A DNA stretch of 64,000 bases. It comes from Parasitella parasitica NRRL 2501 (Eukaryota; Fungi; Mucoromycota). Positions 34,951 to 48,962 of this stretch are shown in pieces. The stretch is from positions 65,751 through 129,750 of the forward strand of contig MU619282.1 in the NCBI GenBank assembly GCA_025201805.1, written 5' to 3'. Every line of letters starts with the position of its first letter. Within the stretch, counting starts at the first letter, position 1. The notes under the pieces were generated by a model. That model saw nothing but the letters and a program-made list of their open reading frames with translations. It had not been told where the DNA came from and made no database searches. A program made the translations under genes and the position numbers.

Positions 34951-36409
34951 TATAATATAGTTACGTATTGAACAGTGATATTGAGTTTATTTATCTATCT
35001 ACAAGTGTCAATATCCGCATACATCTGCAGCGATCTGCATTTCTTAAACAAGCAATGTGGGTGTCAACATGCTAAATGTCTCGACATAAGGTGTTGATTA
35101 GCAATAGTAGAAAGTGAACGCTTTTAACGTTATTTTCAAAAGATTCCAATCGTTACCTATACATCAATGTAGTAGATAGCTGTTTTTCCACATAATATAG
35201 TAGAACTTTAACGCCTTGATAAATACTACAATGTTTTTCTATGCTAAACATCTATGCTCAATATAAAACTGCAATTATTTTCTCTATGTCAGACAAACCA
35301 CATGAGTATTTGCTAGGAGTACAAGGCAAAAAAAAAAAAAAAAAAAGGTTCATTCTTGGAATATGTCTACATTCTTATTAAATGTGGTCGGTAGATGCTT
35401 ATGATACTTGAAACTATGGTATAATAATCTGATAAAGAAACTATTATTGTATCTATTTAGTTTAGTGTTTTACGCGGCCAATTTCAACTTGCCATTCAGT
35501 CGACATAGAAAACAATGGCATTGATAGTGTTTTATTTAAAGATTAAAAAGTTCATTGATAATTTATTTTTAGTACATCTTTACACAATCAATCTCCAGTA
35601 TTCATATCAGGATGCCAAAATAAGGGAGATCCTTTTCTTTTTTGGCAAAGCTAGACACAAGTACATTTTGTCTATTTAGAATAGAACTTTCCATTTAGAT
35701 AAAGATTCGTCAAAAAAGTTCTTTGAGTCAAAGTAATGATTTGCAGATACATGTACCTGGTTAATTGTAGTCATACAAATAAAGCATCATTCTGTTTGCA
35801 TGCTGTAATAATGTGATTTACAATATGATTTCAAGGATTCATTTATGTGTTGCTAGTTTCCTCGTCATACAGACGCAGAGCTTACTGAGATTTAAACCGT
35901 GAGCATATATTGTTGTCTGCGTAAATTACAAGTACAAAATGGCATTTCATGTTTATCGGTAAAAACATACAGCCATTCCAGAATAGATATTCACAACGAC
36001 CTTTTAAAGGAAACCAAAAGAGTGGTTTCGCGTGAGAGATAATGGGGTTCTGCTTATTGGCTCCTGGAGTATAACTCCTTTAGTGCATATTTATACATCA
36101 TTTCCTGAATAAACTTTAGACCCTTCCAGCTAGCAAATCCGAAACATTTCGTTTAATGAACATTGGTCCTCAAAAACACACTTTATCCGACTAATCTCAT
36201 CCAGTCCGACCAACCCGCTAAAACCCGTAACACAAAACTTTTTTTGATCATTTAGTATAAATACAGAGATGTTCTTTCAAGATTTCCCAATCTAATTAAT
36301 TGCCTCTCTTCCTCTTCTACTCTTGTTGTATAAATACCCCACTCTTTCTTATTTCTTGCCAACATTTTCAATTGCAAATTTTCAAGACTGGATACATCTT
36401 AGCTTCAAA

Positions 36410-38020
36410 ATGGCTTCCTTAACATTTGCAAATACCCAAGAGCAATATTTTGAGAATGAAAGCAGCTATCTTTCTTCCGGGCAATACTTTACAGATGATC
36501 CTATTCCCAGATCGGAATCTCCAGACTGTATCGAAATTATCCCAACTCATTCTCATGATACGAAATGCCCTTCACTCACTAATGGCTGCAGAGAAGGTTC
36601 AAACGATACGATTTCTTCTTCGTCATCGTCCATCACAAATTCGCCATCAACGCCAGTGCCTCCTGAAATCAAGGTCGACACTGCAAAGCCTATTCCTGTA
36701 AAGAAAAGCACCAAAAAGCTTGGCAGTGTATTCGCTAGCGGTGGTCTCTTTGGTAGCCTCAAAATGACACCGGCCTCTGCATCTCCCAACGACTCAGTCC
36801 TTGGTTCACCCACTGATGTTCACAGAAGAAGACAAAGTGGACAGTCTTCGATCCATAGTTCAACCAGCTCTGTTGGTAGCACTGCTAGCAAACTCGGCAA
36901 GTCTTTCTCTCGTATGATGTCTTCCTCCTTTAAAAAGACCCCGCAAGATATGACCTGTGGGTCATTGGGCGTTGTTCCTTTGTTATCTGATAAGTACGGC
37001 GATTACGTTAAGCCGGAACATCGTTCCACCAAAGGAATGGGCTCTACTTCCAAGAAAAATATCGCTAGTGGTGCAACTGCTGTAATCCGCTTGGTGCGAC
37101 AAAGAGCAGGTGGCCGTATTTTGGCCGTCAAGGAATTCAAAAAACGTGAAAGATGTGAAGCTGAACAGGATTACCAGAAACGCATGCTGAATGAATACTG
37201 TATCAGCAAATCTGCCTCCAATTGTCCTCACATTGTCAATACACTTGACTTGGTCAAAGATGAAAAAAGTCGTTGGTGCGTCGTAATGGAATATTGCGCT
37301 GGTGGTGATGTATTCAACTTGCTACATGAAAAACCTCACATGGCTCCTGATGATATCGCTTGCTTATTCAAACAGCTTGTGTTGGGCTTGCAGCACCTTC
37401 ATAAACTCGGCATTGCGCATCGCGATATCAAGCCTGAAAACTTGGTCCTGACTTCGACTGGTACTCTTAAAATTGCTGATTTTGGTGTTGCGGACGTGGT
37501 TCAGACTTGCTTTGAAAAGGATGGCCATTCTTGCACCAAATGGTGTGGCTCTGAACCCTTTTGGTCACCCGAGATGTGGAACATTAAAGATGATAAAAGT
37601 CCATATGATGGTAAAGCTCTTGATGTTTGGAGTGCTGCTGTCACCTATTTCTGCATTCGTTTCCAACAACTGCCTTTCACTGCATCCTTCTTCACGGGTC
37701 GTCCTGGTGGTAAGCCTCCTCAAGGGTCTATGGTTGGCTCGCCTGCTGCTGTGTCTGCCCAAGCCGAAGATGGCGGTGATTTTGATTACAAGCGCTATAT
37801 TGAGCAACGCCAAAAGCTAGAACCAAGTGATTGCGATCTTTTCAAGAACTTTACTCAACCAGAGCGTGAGTGTCTCGCTGGTATGATGGACCCTAACCCT
37901 AAGACTCGTTGGACCATTGAACAAGTTTTGGCCTGCCCTTGGTTGTCTGATTTTGAAGTTTGCCAAGATGGTAAACTGAGCAACGGTTATAACCATACTC
38001 ATTGTATTCCATCAAAATAG
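36410..38020 (+). CDS. Ser/Thr protein kinase, HAL/NPR family (Hal4/Hrk1/Npr1-like), intronless
   Basis: Ser-rich N-terminus, IASGATAVIRLV, AVKEF, NEYCIS, VMEYC.GGD, HRDIKPENL, ADFG, CGSEPFWSPE, DVWS. Confidence 0.92.
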   Translation: MASLTFANTQEQYFENESSYLSSGQYFTDDPIPRSESPDCIEIIPTHSHDTKCPSLTNGCREGSNDTISSSSSSITNSPSTPVPPEIKVDTAKPIPVKKSTKKLGSVFASGGLFGSLKMTPASASPNDSVLGSPTDVHRRRQSGQSSIHSSTSSVGSTASKLGKSFSRMMSSSFKKTPQDMTCGSLGVVPLLSDKYGDYVKPEHRSTKGMGSTSKKNIASGATAVIRLVRQRAGGRILAVKEFKKRERCEAEQDYQKRMLNEYCISKSASNCPHIVNTLDLVKDEKSRWCVVMEYCAGGDVFNLLHEKPHMAPDDIACLFKQLVLGLQHLHKLGIAHRDIKPENLVLTSTGTLKIADFGVADVVQTCFEKDGHSCTKWCGSEPFWSPEMWNIKDDKSPYDGKALDVWSAAVTYFCIRFQQLPFTASFFTGRPGGKPPQGSMVGSPAAVSAQAEDGGDFDYKRYIEQRQKLEPSDCDLFKNFTQPERECLAGMMDPNPKTRWTIEQVLACPWLSDFEVCQDGKLSNGYNHTHCIPSK

Positions 38021-38643
38021 ACCTTGTCTCCCTTGTATTTACTGTATTTTTTTCGTGTACCATATCCCCCTTTTTGACTCTTGTAAAATAATAAAGCGTT
38101 TTGCGTTGTATCATGTATATGATGATTTCTTTTTTTTTTTTTCCAACTTCTTGTGTCACCTTTTCTCTGATACAAAGCCAATGATAATTCATGAACTATC
38201 AACATGTTTGTTGCTACAAAATGGAAACTGAAGAATAGATTAACCTTCTTCTTTTTTTGGTATTAGGTAATATAATTCACCACACACACTCCCACGATCT
38301 TGTATTGTCTGATTATTGAGAACTTTAAAATCTCAAAAGGAAATAACTGTTAAACGATGAACTGCTGAGCAACGCTATTCTCTCATCTGTGCAACTAAAA
38401 TATCTGTCAATCAAGATGTAAAATTCCCGTAATGCCTAAATATGGACAAAATCATTGTACTTTTGATTCTTCTTGCTAGGTTTTTATACTACCGTATTCA
38501 AGCCAATTTAGTCGGGATATTTACTTTGGTTTCTTTGTGGCACTTTCCAGCAGTAATATACTCGGATTTTACTGTATCAGAGCAAAAAGGTACGTACACG
38601 AAATCATAATTTAGACATTCCACTAAAACAAGAACTTTTTATG

Positions 38644-38709
<66 letters not shown>

Positions 38710-38804
38710 CGCTTTTGTAAGCCATGCATTATATGGAAGGGATCGTTTATTTGGCAGTAATGTAAATATTTTCCTATTCTCCTTCGATGAGAGTGTGTAC
38801 AGGA

Positions 38805-41800
38805 CTACGCATGAAGTGATAGCCAAATCTGGGGGTCTTCGACGCCCAGCAACTTTTCGACACATGCAGCAGCTTCATTCAACTCTTGGGTAAATATAAA
38901 AGATGCTACCGAGTATGCGCAGTAACTTGGGTAAGTATCATTTTGAACTTGCTCTGGGTGCATGGCGACGACAGCACATAGCTTTTGTGATAGTTTCTCT
39001 TTCAAATCATTGGGCGATATTAAATAAGGAGGTAGAGGTGCTTTGGCGAGCAATGTAGCAGACAGTTGGCGCATGATTGTTAAGAGACATGCAACATAGT
39101 CCAGCTTTTCTTCGTCCAAGGCGCGGATTAAGCGAACTCTCCAACTTCCATCCATGTACCGAGAGGTATAGGCCATCCCTTCAAGCAGATCAGCCATGTT
39201 GTTGAGTTTTTCGATCAAAAGTTGGTAGGTCTTGAACGGAAACTTGCCTTTTAAAGGCGGCTCGAGCTTGGAAAGTTTAAGGTATGTTTGCTCATCTTTT
39301 AACTGGCGTTGCAGATGAACTGTGAGTTGGTTGAATGCTCTTGTCTGATTTGGAGTTGCCGAAGATCCGTTTGGAGTGTCATGATTTGATAAAATACCTG
39401 CGAAAATAATGCCGTAAAGCACACTCATGTCGTAAAATGTTCGAGCTATTCGTTTACGAAGCTCTAGTCTGCCAGTAACAGGACGAGGAATCAAGTTAAT
39501 AAGAAAAGAGCCTACAATACCTAGCACAATATACATCATACGCTACAATTTGCGAGTCAATATATTGTAATTGTGAAAATATGACTCTTAGAAATCTTTT
39601 ACCTTTCCTGCTGCAATTTCAATGACATTAGTTTGGTCACCTCCGGCAAGAGATATTTGATAGCCGGTAGTGATAATCTAAATAGGAATAGGGTTAGTTT
39701 ATACCGATAAATAACCTTATATTGGCGTTTACCATCAAATAAGCATACTGAGTCATTACAGAAAAGAAGCTGTACGCTGGATTGGTAAAGAAAACATAAT
39801 GGAATGGGGGCATAACAACAAATGTAAGTACAGCAAGACCATATGGATTTCCTCTTGCAATTTCAAAGACAATGATACTCAAAACACCACCGCATATTGT
39901 CCCCAAAAGACCAAACGCTAAGCTGAAGGATTAAATAGTTGGTAAGACAAACGAAATGCTACATAGATATGTAGTAACTAACGTGAAATTGAACATGCCA
40001 GCCATAGGTATCATCCACATGAGTAAAGTATTGGCGACCCATTGACCACCCCATCCGGTAAACCAACCTACACTTTGAGGGAGATACGCAGGAATGGAAA
40101 GAAGTATAAACCCGGCAGCTGTCTTGAAAGCAAAGATGGTCTCCATACTGTAAATCCAATCGAAAAATTTGCTTAATTGATAGAAGAATTTCTCTCTGAC
40201 TGTAACTGGCGCATCTACATCTGGATCTCGAGGACATGGTTTATCAGTTTGATTCATGGCACAGACATAAGCGTTTTCTTCCTCTTCTTCATCAAACTTT
40301 GATGTCGTTTGTTGCTTGCTCATTTGCGTAAGGCCTAATTCGCTATCCTGTTCTCTGCCAAAGTCTTTTTCATCTGTACTGCTTCCACCGTATAAACTGC
40401 TCTCAGCAATAGATATGCGAGAGTTGATTTGTCCACCTAGTTGTGCTTTATCGCTAACAGACGGTTTAAGCCATCTTCTCAAAGACATTTTAGGAAACCA
40501 GAATTTTCTCTGCTTCGGCCTTGTCGCATCCAGCTTTTCGAAAAGTGCTGTCAGCGACTGAATGCTGTTTGCAAACCCCAACAGGTTGAACTGAAATAAA
40601 TAGGCAACTTGTTGTGTCATATCTTGCTTGGTGGTATTCTCATATCGCCAGTTTTGAGTTGCGTTTTCAAAGGCGGATATAAAGGGTTCCATATGCTCAG
40701 AAAGCATGTTGTATTGGATCTCGGCAGCAGGTTTGGAAACAAAAAGTCGAGGAAACGGCCATAAGATAGTGCTTTTCAATGAGCGAGGTCTTTCTTTGAA
40801 TGTGTCAACTCTCAAACTGCATTCTTTCAATGCCGTGGTGCATGCATGAATTAAATTGTCGGTAGCCCTTTCTAATTCAGTGCTGACATGTGTTTGCTCT
40901 GTTCTTCGGTCACCCCCAACAGCAGTTTCCTGTTTACATAATAAACTGACGCCTATTCCATGAAGTGGAGTACGCATTTCTTTTACTTTTTGCGTGACAT
41001 GGCGAATATCATATTGTGAAAGTCTGCTATAAAATACAATGAATTCGGCATTATGCTGACTATCTACTAATCTAATGAGTGCACCCTGCAGTTTTGTGCG
41101 CAATTTCGAAAACGAAGGTCTTTTGTCTATCTCCAGCAACTGGTTTGCTTTGAACGATTCTGCCGTTTCTTGGTAGAACTTACAGTAATCTTGTAACGTT
41201 TGATCCAGCACTTGAAAATAATGCGTCGCACTGTCTTCAGGCCATAAAAAGACATTGACCATGAATGAAATGGCCGATGCAAATAGTAAGGGTTTGAAAA
41301 AATTCAACTGATAGGCATAATAGAGATGCATGGATAATCACTTAGTCATCTGTTACACGATACGGCTTGCGCCTCCTCTTTCATGATACTTACCGTGATA
41401 CTGGTCTGAAATCCAGGAGTAGAAGCGTTTACAGTGAGAGAAAACTAGCAAATAAATGAGCAACTTGTTATAATGCGAGCCTTTATAATACCTACAGAGC
41501 CAATCATGCCGGCAAAGATGGTAGCAAAATAAACTATCATGTCAATTTGTCATTACAAGACGATCAACGAGTGAGCGCATCCAGACACTTACTTTGGGGG
41601 TATTTAGTTCTAACGTATGCAATGACAAAAATCAATACAGTACAGAATACAGCAGACACTGCGCTTGATGCTGGCTGTATGGGATTATCTATAGCTGGAT
41701 CTCTAGCAAGATTAGCAACATAATTGCCCAACAAGCACCACGCAGCACCTATCGAGGCACTAAGCACTCCTTGAATTGTCAGCTAATAGAGAATCAAAAT

Positions 41801-42205
41801 AGATGAGTGATTTTTTTTTTTTTTTTGGTGGACCTAACAGCCTTACTTTTATCTGTGTCCCTGTACCATAAAAGAGCAACGTTTGTTATTTTTGACCATT
41901 TGGTTAGCATTTCAAAACACATACCAATAGGTTTGACAGGAAAGTACAGTAGAGTGCCTAATGTGACCAGTGTACTGGCAGTTCCAATCGAAGCTCTAGT
42001 GTCATTTACTAGCACAAAGATAAGGCTCACTAATGTGGCAACGGTGGCTTTTAATGTTGTCCTTATTGCTGGCAATGGTGGTATCTTTGATTTGACTTTA
42101 GCAAGGAAAGTATCAGACTTTTTGTCTAAAGAAATCGATGAGTCAAACATACGCAGATCAAAGGATGTTTACCGCCGTACTGATCAATGTTGAGACATCG
42201 TTCAT
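38805..42205 (-). CDS. ArAE/FUSC-like (aromatic acid exporter family, Bre4/DUF2421-type) multi-pass membrane protein, multi-exon
   Basis: Two hydrophobic blocks (N-terminal, and FAFKTAAG...GTICGG...GNPYGL...) each followed by helical soluble domains; VNVFLWP, P.PVTGR.ELR, EPPLKGKFP...Y, KAPLPPYL.SP. Confidence 0.8.
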
Positions 42206-42506
42206 TTTTCCAGTTGATCTTTACGAGAAAGAAAAAGGAAGCAGAAAAAAAAAGGGATTGGGATGATTACCATTGCTCGATGTGACGGAGGTTTCATCAT
42301 GCACATGCACATACAAACAGCATGGTCGCTGACAATAAGATTATTAAACGCTGCCTATCTGGTCGTACCAGATCTTGCAGCCTCATATTATATCACGTTA
42401 AAAAAGGTTCAAGCGGAGACATGGCTTATGTAAGAAATCCCGGTCTTATAATATACCTCATTAAAGAGGTGTAGCTTTCTATCCTTCTTTCTTTCAAAGG
42501 AACACA

Positions 42507-43804
42507 ATGTCAAATAGCCGCGTATTCAAGCTGTACGTAGTATTTGTGTATAGTAAACATGTCTTGTAGCTGATGTGATTTGCTGCCATAGAAATACAGG
42601 TGCAACTATCCCTTCCATTGGATTAGGTACTTGGAGATCCCAACCTGAACAAGTTTATGATGCTGTCAAAACAGCAATCGAGGCAGGGTAATCTACGCAA
42701 TTGTCGCATTGTAGCCCTGCACGTTTTACCCTTTTTATTTATTGTAGTTACCGACACATTGATACCGCATTTGTTTGTAAGCTTGCCGTTTACTTGTTCA
42801 AACGGTGATTTCACCACTAATAGAAGAGATGTTTGTGATATTAGATGGAAATGAAAAGGAGGTAGGACAAGCTATCAAAGACAGTGGTGTTTCCCGGCAA
42901 GAGCTATTCGTTACTACAAAATTATGGAATACATGCCATCGACCTGACCTTGTTAAAGCGGCATTCGAGAAATCACTCGAGAACCTCCAATTAGAGTATA
43001 TTGACCTTTATTTGATGCACTGGCCGGTATCATTCCAGCCTGCTGATGTGAAACAACCAAGAGGAGAAGACGGTGTCATTCTACTGGATGACACACATTT
43101 TAGTGCTACTTATGCAGTAAGTAAAAGAAACAGTGTGGACATTCTGGCTGTTGACTATTGCGCTTTGCACCCAGGAAATGGAGAAACTTGTAGGGGGGAA
43201 ACTGCGAGCCATCGGTGTCAGCAATTTTGACATCCAACATTTAGAGAAATTGGCAACTACTGCCAAAATCCCCCCTGCTGTTAACCAGGTTGAATTGCAT
43301 CCTTATTTGCCACAGAAAGAATTGGTTGATTATTGTCAGAAGCATGATATTTTAGGTAAAAATGGTCAAATTGAGCCACATGCATCCTAGAACTAAAATA
43401 GAATCTTTACGTACAGTTGAAGCTTACTCACCCCTTGGAAGCAGCGACTCTCCTTTAATGAAAAATGAAGCCATTGTAAGCATTCACGCTTGCATATGCG
43501 TATAAAGAAGGTACTTAGAATGTTGACATAGACTGAAATTGCCAGCAAGTACAATGCTACTGCTGCCCAGATTTTGATTGCGTGGGGCGTTAAACGAGGA
43601 TATGCAGTTTTGCCCAAATCAGTAACAGCATCCAGAATTATATCCAATTTGCAGGATGTTTGTCTGGAGCCCGATGATTTTGATGCCATCAATGAGTTGA
43701 TTGAACATCGTCCTACTTGCAGGTTAGGCGATCCCTATCTATCTTGGGATGTCGATGTATTTGGTCTTCATCCAGGAGAAGAAAAAGTTAAATATAGCGT
43801 CTAG
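42507..43804 (+). CDS. Aldo-keto reductase (Gcy1/Ypr1-like), multi-exon
   Basis: LNTGATIPSIGLGTW, GYRHIDTA, YGNEKEVG, LFVTTKLW, YIDLYLMHWP, IGVSNF, PAVNQVELHPYL, AYSPLGS, PKSVTASRI. Confidence 0.95.
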
Positions 43805-44111
43805 TTTATTGTGATTTTAAGGAAAGATTATGTGCAGTATGGATTAAAAAAAAAAAACATTGAAAGGAAGGAAATTTTTACAGCTGTATATATAACGAAT
43901 GTGAGGGGATGATACAAAATTGGGCATAGAGAAGAATATCAAGTAATAGTGGAGGTAATATAGGGTGTAACATTGTAATACAGTAGCAAGTGGCAGTAGT
44001 ATAGTAAAAGTAGTAGTACAGAATTGTAAGTATGGCAAAACGATGGTTATGGATAAATGTTGATGTACACAAGTATAAAGGGTATTAATGTGGTTATATG
44101 ATTAAGCTGAA

Positions 44112-45332
44112 TCAGCACTGTTGTTTGCTATACAACCAAGAGTGTGTCTAAAAATATAGAGCCTTGTCAACAACATTGAAATTGATCCTGCATGAACAGA
44201 GAATATACACATACCTTGACATCTTGAATCGCAATGCGGTTTTCTGGATTCTTTTCGAGTAATTTGTCGATCAAGTCCTTCAAAGAAGAGTCGATATCAT
44301 CAGAATGCTCAACACTAACAGGGCGTTAATAACAATGGTTGTGGGATCTAAATGCAAGCATACATACGCCTTGTTCTGGATGTCACCGTATAAATCCATC
44401 AAGCTCGACCTTTCAAAAGGCAATCGTCCATATACAAGACAGTAAAGCGTGACTCCCATGGACCATAGATCGGCACATGTAGGAGATGTCGTTGACTCTT
44501 GTTGCCGTCTCGCAGCTATTAGTCATTATAAAGGAGCTTTAAAAAACGAGTTGTTTTTAGTCGAGTATAATAACAATTACCTCTTTTTAATAATTCAGGG
44601 GCCATAAATGCAGGAGAACCAACGCTGCTGCTTGTAGAGCTGAGCTTATCTGTGATACAAGTGGCGTTACCGAAATCGATCAATTTGACAATGTTGTTGT
44701 TTGACATAACTAGATTCTGAGGCTTGATATCTCTGTGTACTATGCGATTCGAATGCACTGTACACACTGTGAGTATGTGACATGTTTATCAATGGTTAAA
44801 CCAACTTACAGTGCTCAACAGCATTCACTAATTGCGAGAATATTACACGGCATTGATCTTCAGGAATTGGCTTTGTGACGGAATGAGGCGTGACATCCAT
44901 CACAATGCCTTTTTCTGCAAGTTCGGTAACTATAAATATGGAATCTTCATTTTCAGGATCGTTATCAATGACTTGAACAAACTGAATGATGTTTGGATGC
45001 GCAGGTAGTTGTTTTAAAATCTCAATTTCTTCAATTCCTACATGTTCTTGGTCCAGTTTGCGTTTCTTTGATTCGGGATAAAGCGGCCTTCTGCTAATAG
45101 CCAACTGAGATTGGCGATATTGACGTTCAAGTCGAGATTTGCTCATTTCTTTAATGGCAAACCTCTTGTTAGTTGTTGCTTCGACAGCTAAATGAACCAT
45201 GCATGATGCTCCTTGACCGATCTGATGTATTAAAGTGTATCGGCCATTATCGATTTGACGTTTATTCAAGTTAGATTTCGGTTGCTTCCAACGACGACGA
45301 AGCTGTAAAGGGGCGTGAAACCAGCGAGTCAT
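44112..45332 (-). CDS. Small CAMKK-like Ser/Thr kinase (Ssp1/Sak1/Elm1-type), multi-exon
   Basis: IGQGASCMVHLA, FAIKEMSKSRL, EIEILKQL..HPNIIQ, HRDIKPQNL, IDFG, VGSPAFMAPE, DLWSMGVTLYCLVYGRLPF, LLEKNPENRI. Confidence 0.88.
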
Positions 45333-47525
45333 TTTTTTTTACGAGTGATATGAGAGCAAAGAAGAAGAGAAATAGATCGAAATCCTTCTTTATATATATA
45401 ACACTGTATGTAAAATCTATAATTATCACTTGTTGGCGTATCAAAGGGGACCAGTAAAACTCCTAATTCTTGGCTTTTCTGTTTATGTGTTATGCCTCCC
45501 CTCCCCCCATCTTTTCACTATCTCTCGAATTCATCATATGTTCGCCACGCGGTTGTTTTTTTTGCTATATAGGCTTTTTTTCCATATCAGGGTCGGTTCC
45601 GACATAAACAAAAAATAAATAACTATTTTTATCATTTGAAAAAGGTACACAGACCTTGAATTCTGTATGCAACATCACGTATCTCTTTGCATATCCTGTA
45701 GTGTCGTATGTTTTAAACAAAATCATACATAACATAGCCCTACAAAAGCGTTGGTGACACAAAACACTTGGAAGGAGTGAGGTCCAAGAGATGTGCCAAT
45801 ACAACCAATAAAACAATCAGCTGTATAATACATGTGTCTTGAAAATGGGGTTAATTAAGCACAAAAAGTTATGTAGTAATGCTCTATGGCACTAGATTTT
45901 ACTGGATCTAGCAGAAATATATATATTTTCTATCAATACCTTTTACAAACGACAAGGCCTACTTGGCACAATGATATGTAAAATCTAGTTTTTGACAGAT
46001 ATCATGCTCCGATCTTCGTAGATTACCTATTTTCACATGTCATTGTATGTATATATTAAACACCCTAATTTACTTCATATTATTGATATTAAAAATCTCC
46101 TTGTAAAAACCCCAATTAACGAAATGTTTGTTCCTGAGATGATTCGTTGAAACAAAGCGATGAAACCTCGAGTTTTCTCCTAAAAATTCTAGCTCCAAGG
46201 GAACCAGCCTTAGAGTTGAATCATGTAGACACATCTGTCTCGGCTATATCATCGAATTGGTCGATTTTTTGAGTTATACATATAATAAATACATCATACA
46301 ATGTTGATGTCTGTAACAATACATTGGGACGCTATCATAACTCAATTTGTATAGATACACGACAAAATCATTATTGGCGACACCAATCTGCGTATGATAG
46401 CTGTGCAATGCGCTTGGAAACGAAATTTATTATATGATAATTTATTGTATCGCTGAACATTTGCTCTAATGCATTAAAATCACATGGAAAAGACAAATCC
46501 CATTTTACTTATATTTGTGCTTCGTTTTTGAGCTTTTTGTCTCAAAGCCCAGGTCACCATACAAAGCATATTGATCTCCATGTTCTAATTTGAAATATAT
46601 ATTCATCTCTCTTTGTATATTTTGGCTTGAAGTGGCATCAACTGAAGCTTCAAGCAAGAATAAGGCAAAAAGATTTCATTTGCATGCTCGCAAGTAAAAG
46701 GACGCTCACTATGATGGTGTATAGATTATGGACACTTTATGTACGTATTCATCTAAGAATTAACATGTATGCCCTGTGATGATGTCGCGTCAACTTTGGG
46801 GCACAAGCGGCATGTTTATTTCTTAGATTTTTGCTATTTGTGTTATTTTTATGAAATGCCTTATGTCTTTAGTATACATGTATTTCCAATGCATAGACAA
46901 ACATCAAATTAAAGCAATGAAAATGAAATGTGATGATTATGGATATTTTTGAAATACTGGTTTGGCCAACTCTGTGCGATACAGTGCTGTACGTATTATG
47001 TCTGGCTAAAACATGCATCGCGATATTTTACAATAGCAATTAGCTCTGCTTCATTCATCATGCTTATTAACTTTATATGGGTAGATTGAGGTTGGATGCA
47101 GCAGTTGCGCGCTAAACAGCTGTGGCACATGTAGGATAATAGTTTTAGCTAATGAGCGTACATCCGTTCTGTCTCACCATCGTGTTTTGCCGTTTTGCTT
47201 GTATAATACAACACAGGCGTACACTTTTACACGTTTTATAAATAAGTATATGTATCTGACATTCGCATGTAAAATGCGTTACAGACCTAGATTATATAGC
47301 AATACACGGCAGCTAAACATTACCGTGCAACCACCAACGTTGATGTATGGCAAGGCAGAAAATCAACAACAAATATTGGGTAAAGGCATATGGACATTCT
47401 GAATCAAGTTACACAGATAGCAAACTGTGTTTTTGAAATTCTATAGAAAAATTATAATTATGTTTATTATATAGCAGAGTTCATAAAGTTACAGATAATA
47501 ATAATACAAGCATTGTAGGCTCAAG

Positions 47526-48962
47526 TTACATTTCATTAGGCTTGCTATTGGAGTCCTTGACGTTGGGCTTATCAACCGAAGAATATCCCTCTGACAAATT
47601 TCCAGCACTTGTAGGAGAGGTAATATCAGAATAACGCTGCGATTGATTATAGCTGTGATTAGCGTACATATTTGCATCGTTGATTTCATGGCGATTGCTA
47701 TCATAACCAGCTCCAGCAACAGGAACTGCACCTTCGACAGGATAACCGACACCCTCGTTGTAATAAGCATAGTCAGGTTGTTGCCCATAACCATTATTGT
47801 AATTGTCCTGAACATAACCCCCGTTTTGACTATAACCAGCTTGGCTATACGCTTCCTGATAATCACCATAATGCTCAGCATTTGAAGCGCCATACATGCC
47901 TGCAACAGGCGCAGCTGCTGCAGCATAGCGATGAGAGTTTTCGAAAGGTGACAACGGCTCAGTAGAGGCATGAGTTGCGGTGGCTCCCATCACTCCACCT
48001 GCAGCAGCAGCGTTAGGACCATGACCAAAGTTGTTTTGATTCATGTCAATGGTGTAGTCGTCCTGGCTCAAGCCACTTTTGCTGTTCTTGGTACGGCTAG
48101 TACAACCTCCACGACGGTTCATCCAAGCCAGGAAGCCACCAATCAAAGCAAGGCCGACAACACCTCCTACCACAGAGCCAGCAATGACACCAGTTTTGCT
48201 ATTTCCAGAATTATCATCACTGGCAGCAGGTGTTTCAGATGAAGAGGCAACTGGAGCGGAAGACGAGGAAGGGGTTGTGGAAGGATCAGTGCTGGCGGAT
48301 GCGGTTTGAGATGTTTGAGCAGAATCACTGCTAGAGGAGGAAGGTTGAGTGACTGACGATGAGGGAGAAGCGGATGAGCTTTCAGGGACAGATGAAGAGG
48401 CTGGAGGTACAGAAGATGATGGAGTGGCAGGATCGCTAGTTGTAGGTGCTTCAGTAGTGGTAGTTGCTTGTTCAGTGGAAGATGGTTGCTCGGGAGTGGG
48501 ACTGGCAGAGGTTATAGGAGGCTCGGTGGTGGCAGGTGCTTCAGTGGTTGTTGTTGGTACAGGTGCTTCTGTCGTTGAAGTGGGAGTTAAAGAAGTTTGA
48601 TATGCGGAGGTCTGTTGTTGTGATGAAGATGAAGATGCAGTAATGGCAGATGATGTGGCAGTAATTGTAGATGATGAAGTGGTGGATGTTGACGCAGCGA
48701 TTGGAGTGTTAAATAAAGAAGTAGTGGTAAGAGATAAAGTAGATTGGTCAGTTGTAGAGGCTCTGCCGTTTGCGGGTGTCGTACTTACATCGTCCGGGAC
48801 AATAGCAGAAGAGGATGAATCTACTTGCTGAGCAGAGACGTCATTGCCAGATTGTGAAGCTGAACTGTCTGTAGCATTGGACTGGGCATATGCTACAAGG
48901 ATACAAAATTGCACAACTAGTAGTGCATAGATTGAAAGCTTAGCAACGGATAGAAACTTCAT
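47526..48962 (-). CDS. Mid2/Mtl1-like type I membrane protein (signal peptide, S/T-rich ectodomain, GxxxG TM, Tyr-rich tail), paralog A
   Basis: Signal MKFLSVAKL...AYA, long Ser/Thr/Pro stalk, TM GVIAGSVVGGVVGLALIGGFLAW followed by NRR, cytoplasmic tail with Y-rich repeats ending KPNVKDSNSKPNEM. Confidence 0.85.
   Translation of the reverse strand: MKFLSVAKLSIYALLVVQFCILVAYAQSNATDSSASQSGNDVSAQQVDSSSSAIVPDDVSTTPANGRASTTDQSTLSLTTTSLFNTPIAASTSTTSSSTITATSSAITASSSSSQQQTSAYQTSLTPTSTTEAPVPTTTTEAPATTEPPITSASPTPEQPSSTEQATTTTEAPTTSDPATPSSSVPPASSSVPESSSASPSSSVTQPSSSSSDSAQTSQTASASTDPSTTPSSSSAPVASSSETPAASDDNSGNSKTGVIAGSVVGGVVGLALIGGFLAWMNRRGGCTSRTKNSKSGLSQDDYTIDMNQNNFGHGPNAAAAGGVMGATATHASTEPLSPFENSHRYAAAAAPVAGMYGASNAEHYGDYQEAYSQAGYSQNGGYVQDNYNNGYGQQPDYAYYNEGVGYPVEGAVPVAGAGYDSNRHEINDANMYANHSYNQSQRYSDITSPTSAGNLSEGYSSVDKPNVKDSNSKPNEM

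Noticed and set aside
38623-38865. Poly-Lys ORFs here and at 15401-15592
   Set aside because: Translation of poly(T) tracts, not genes.
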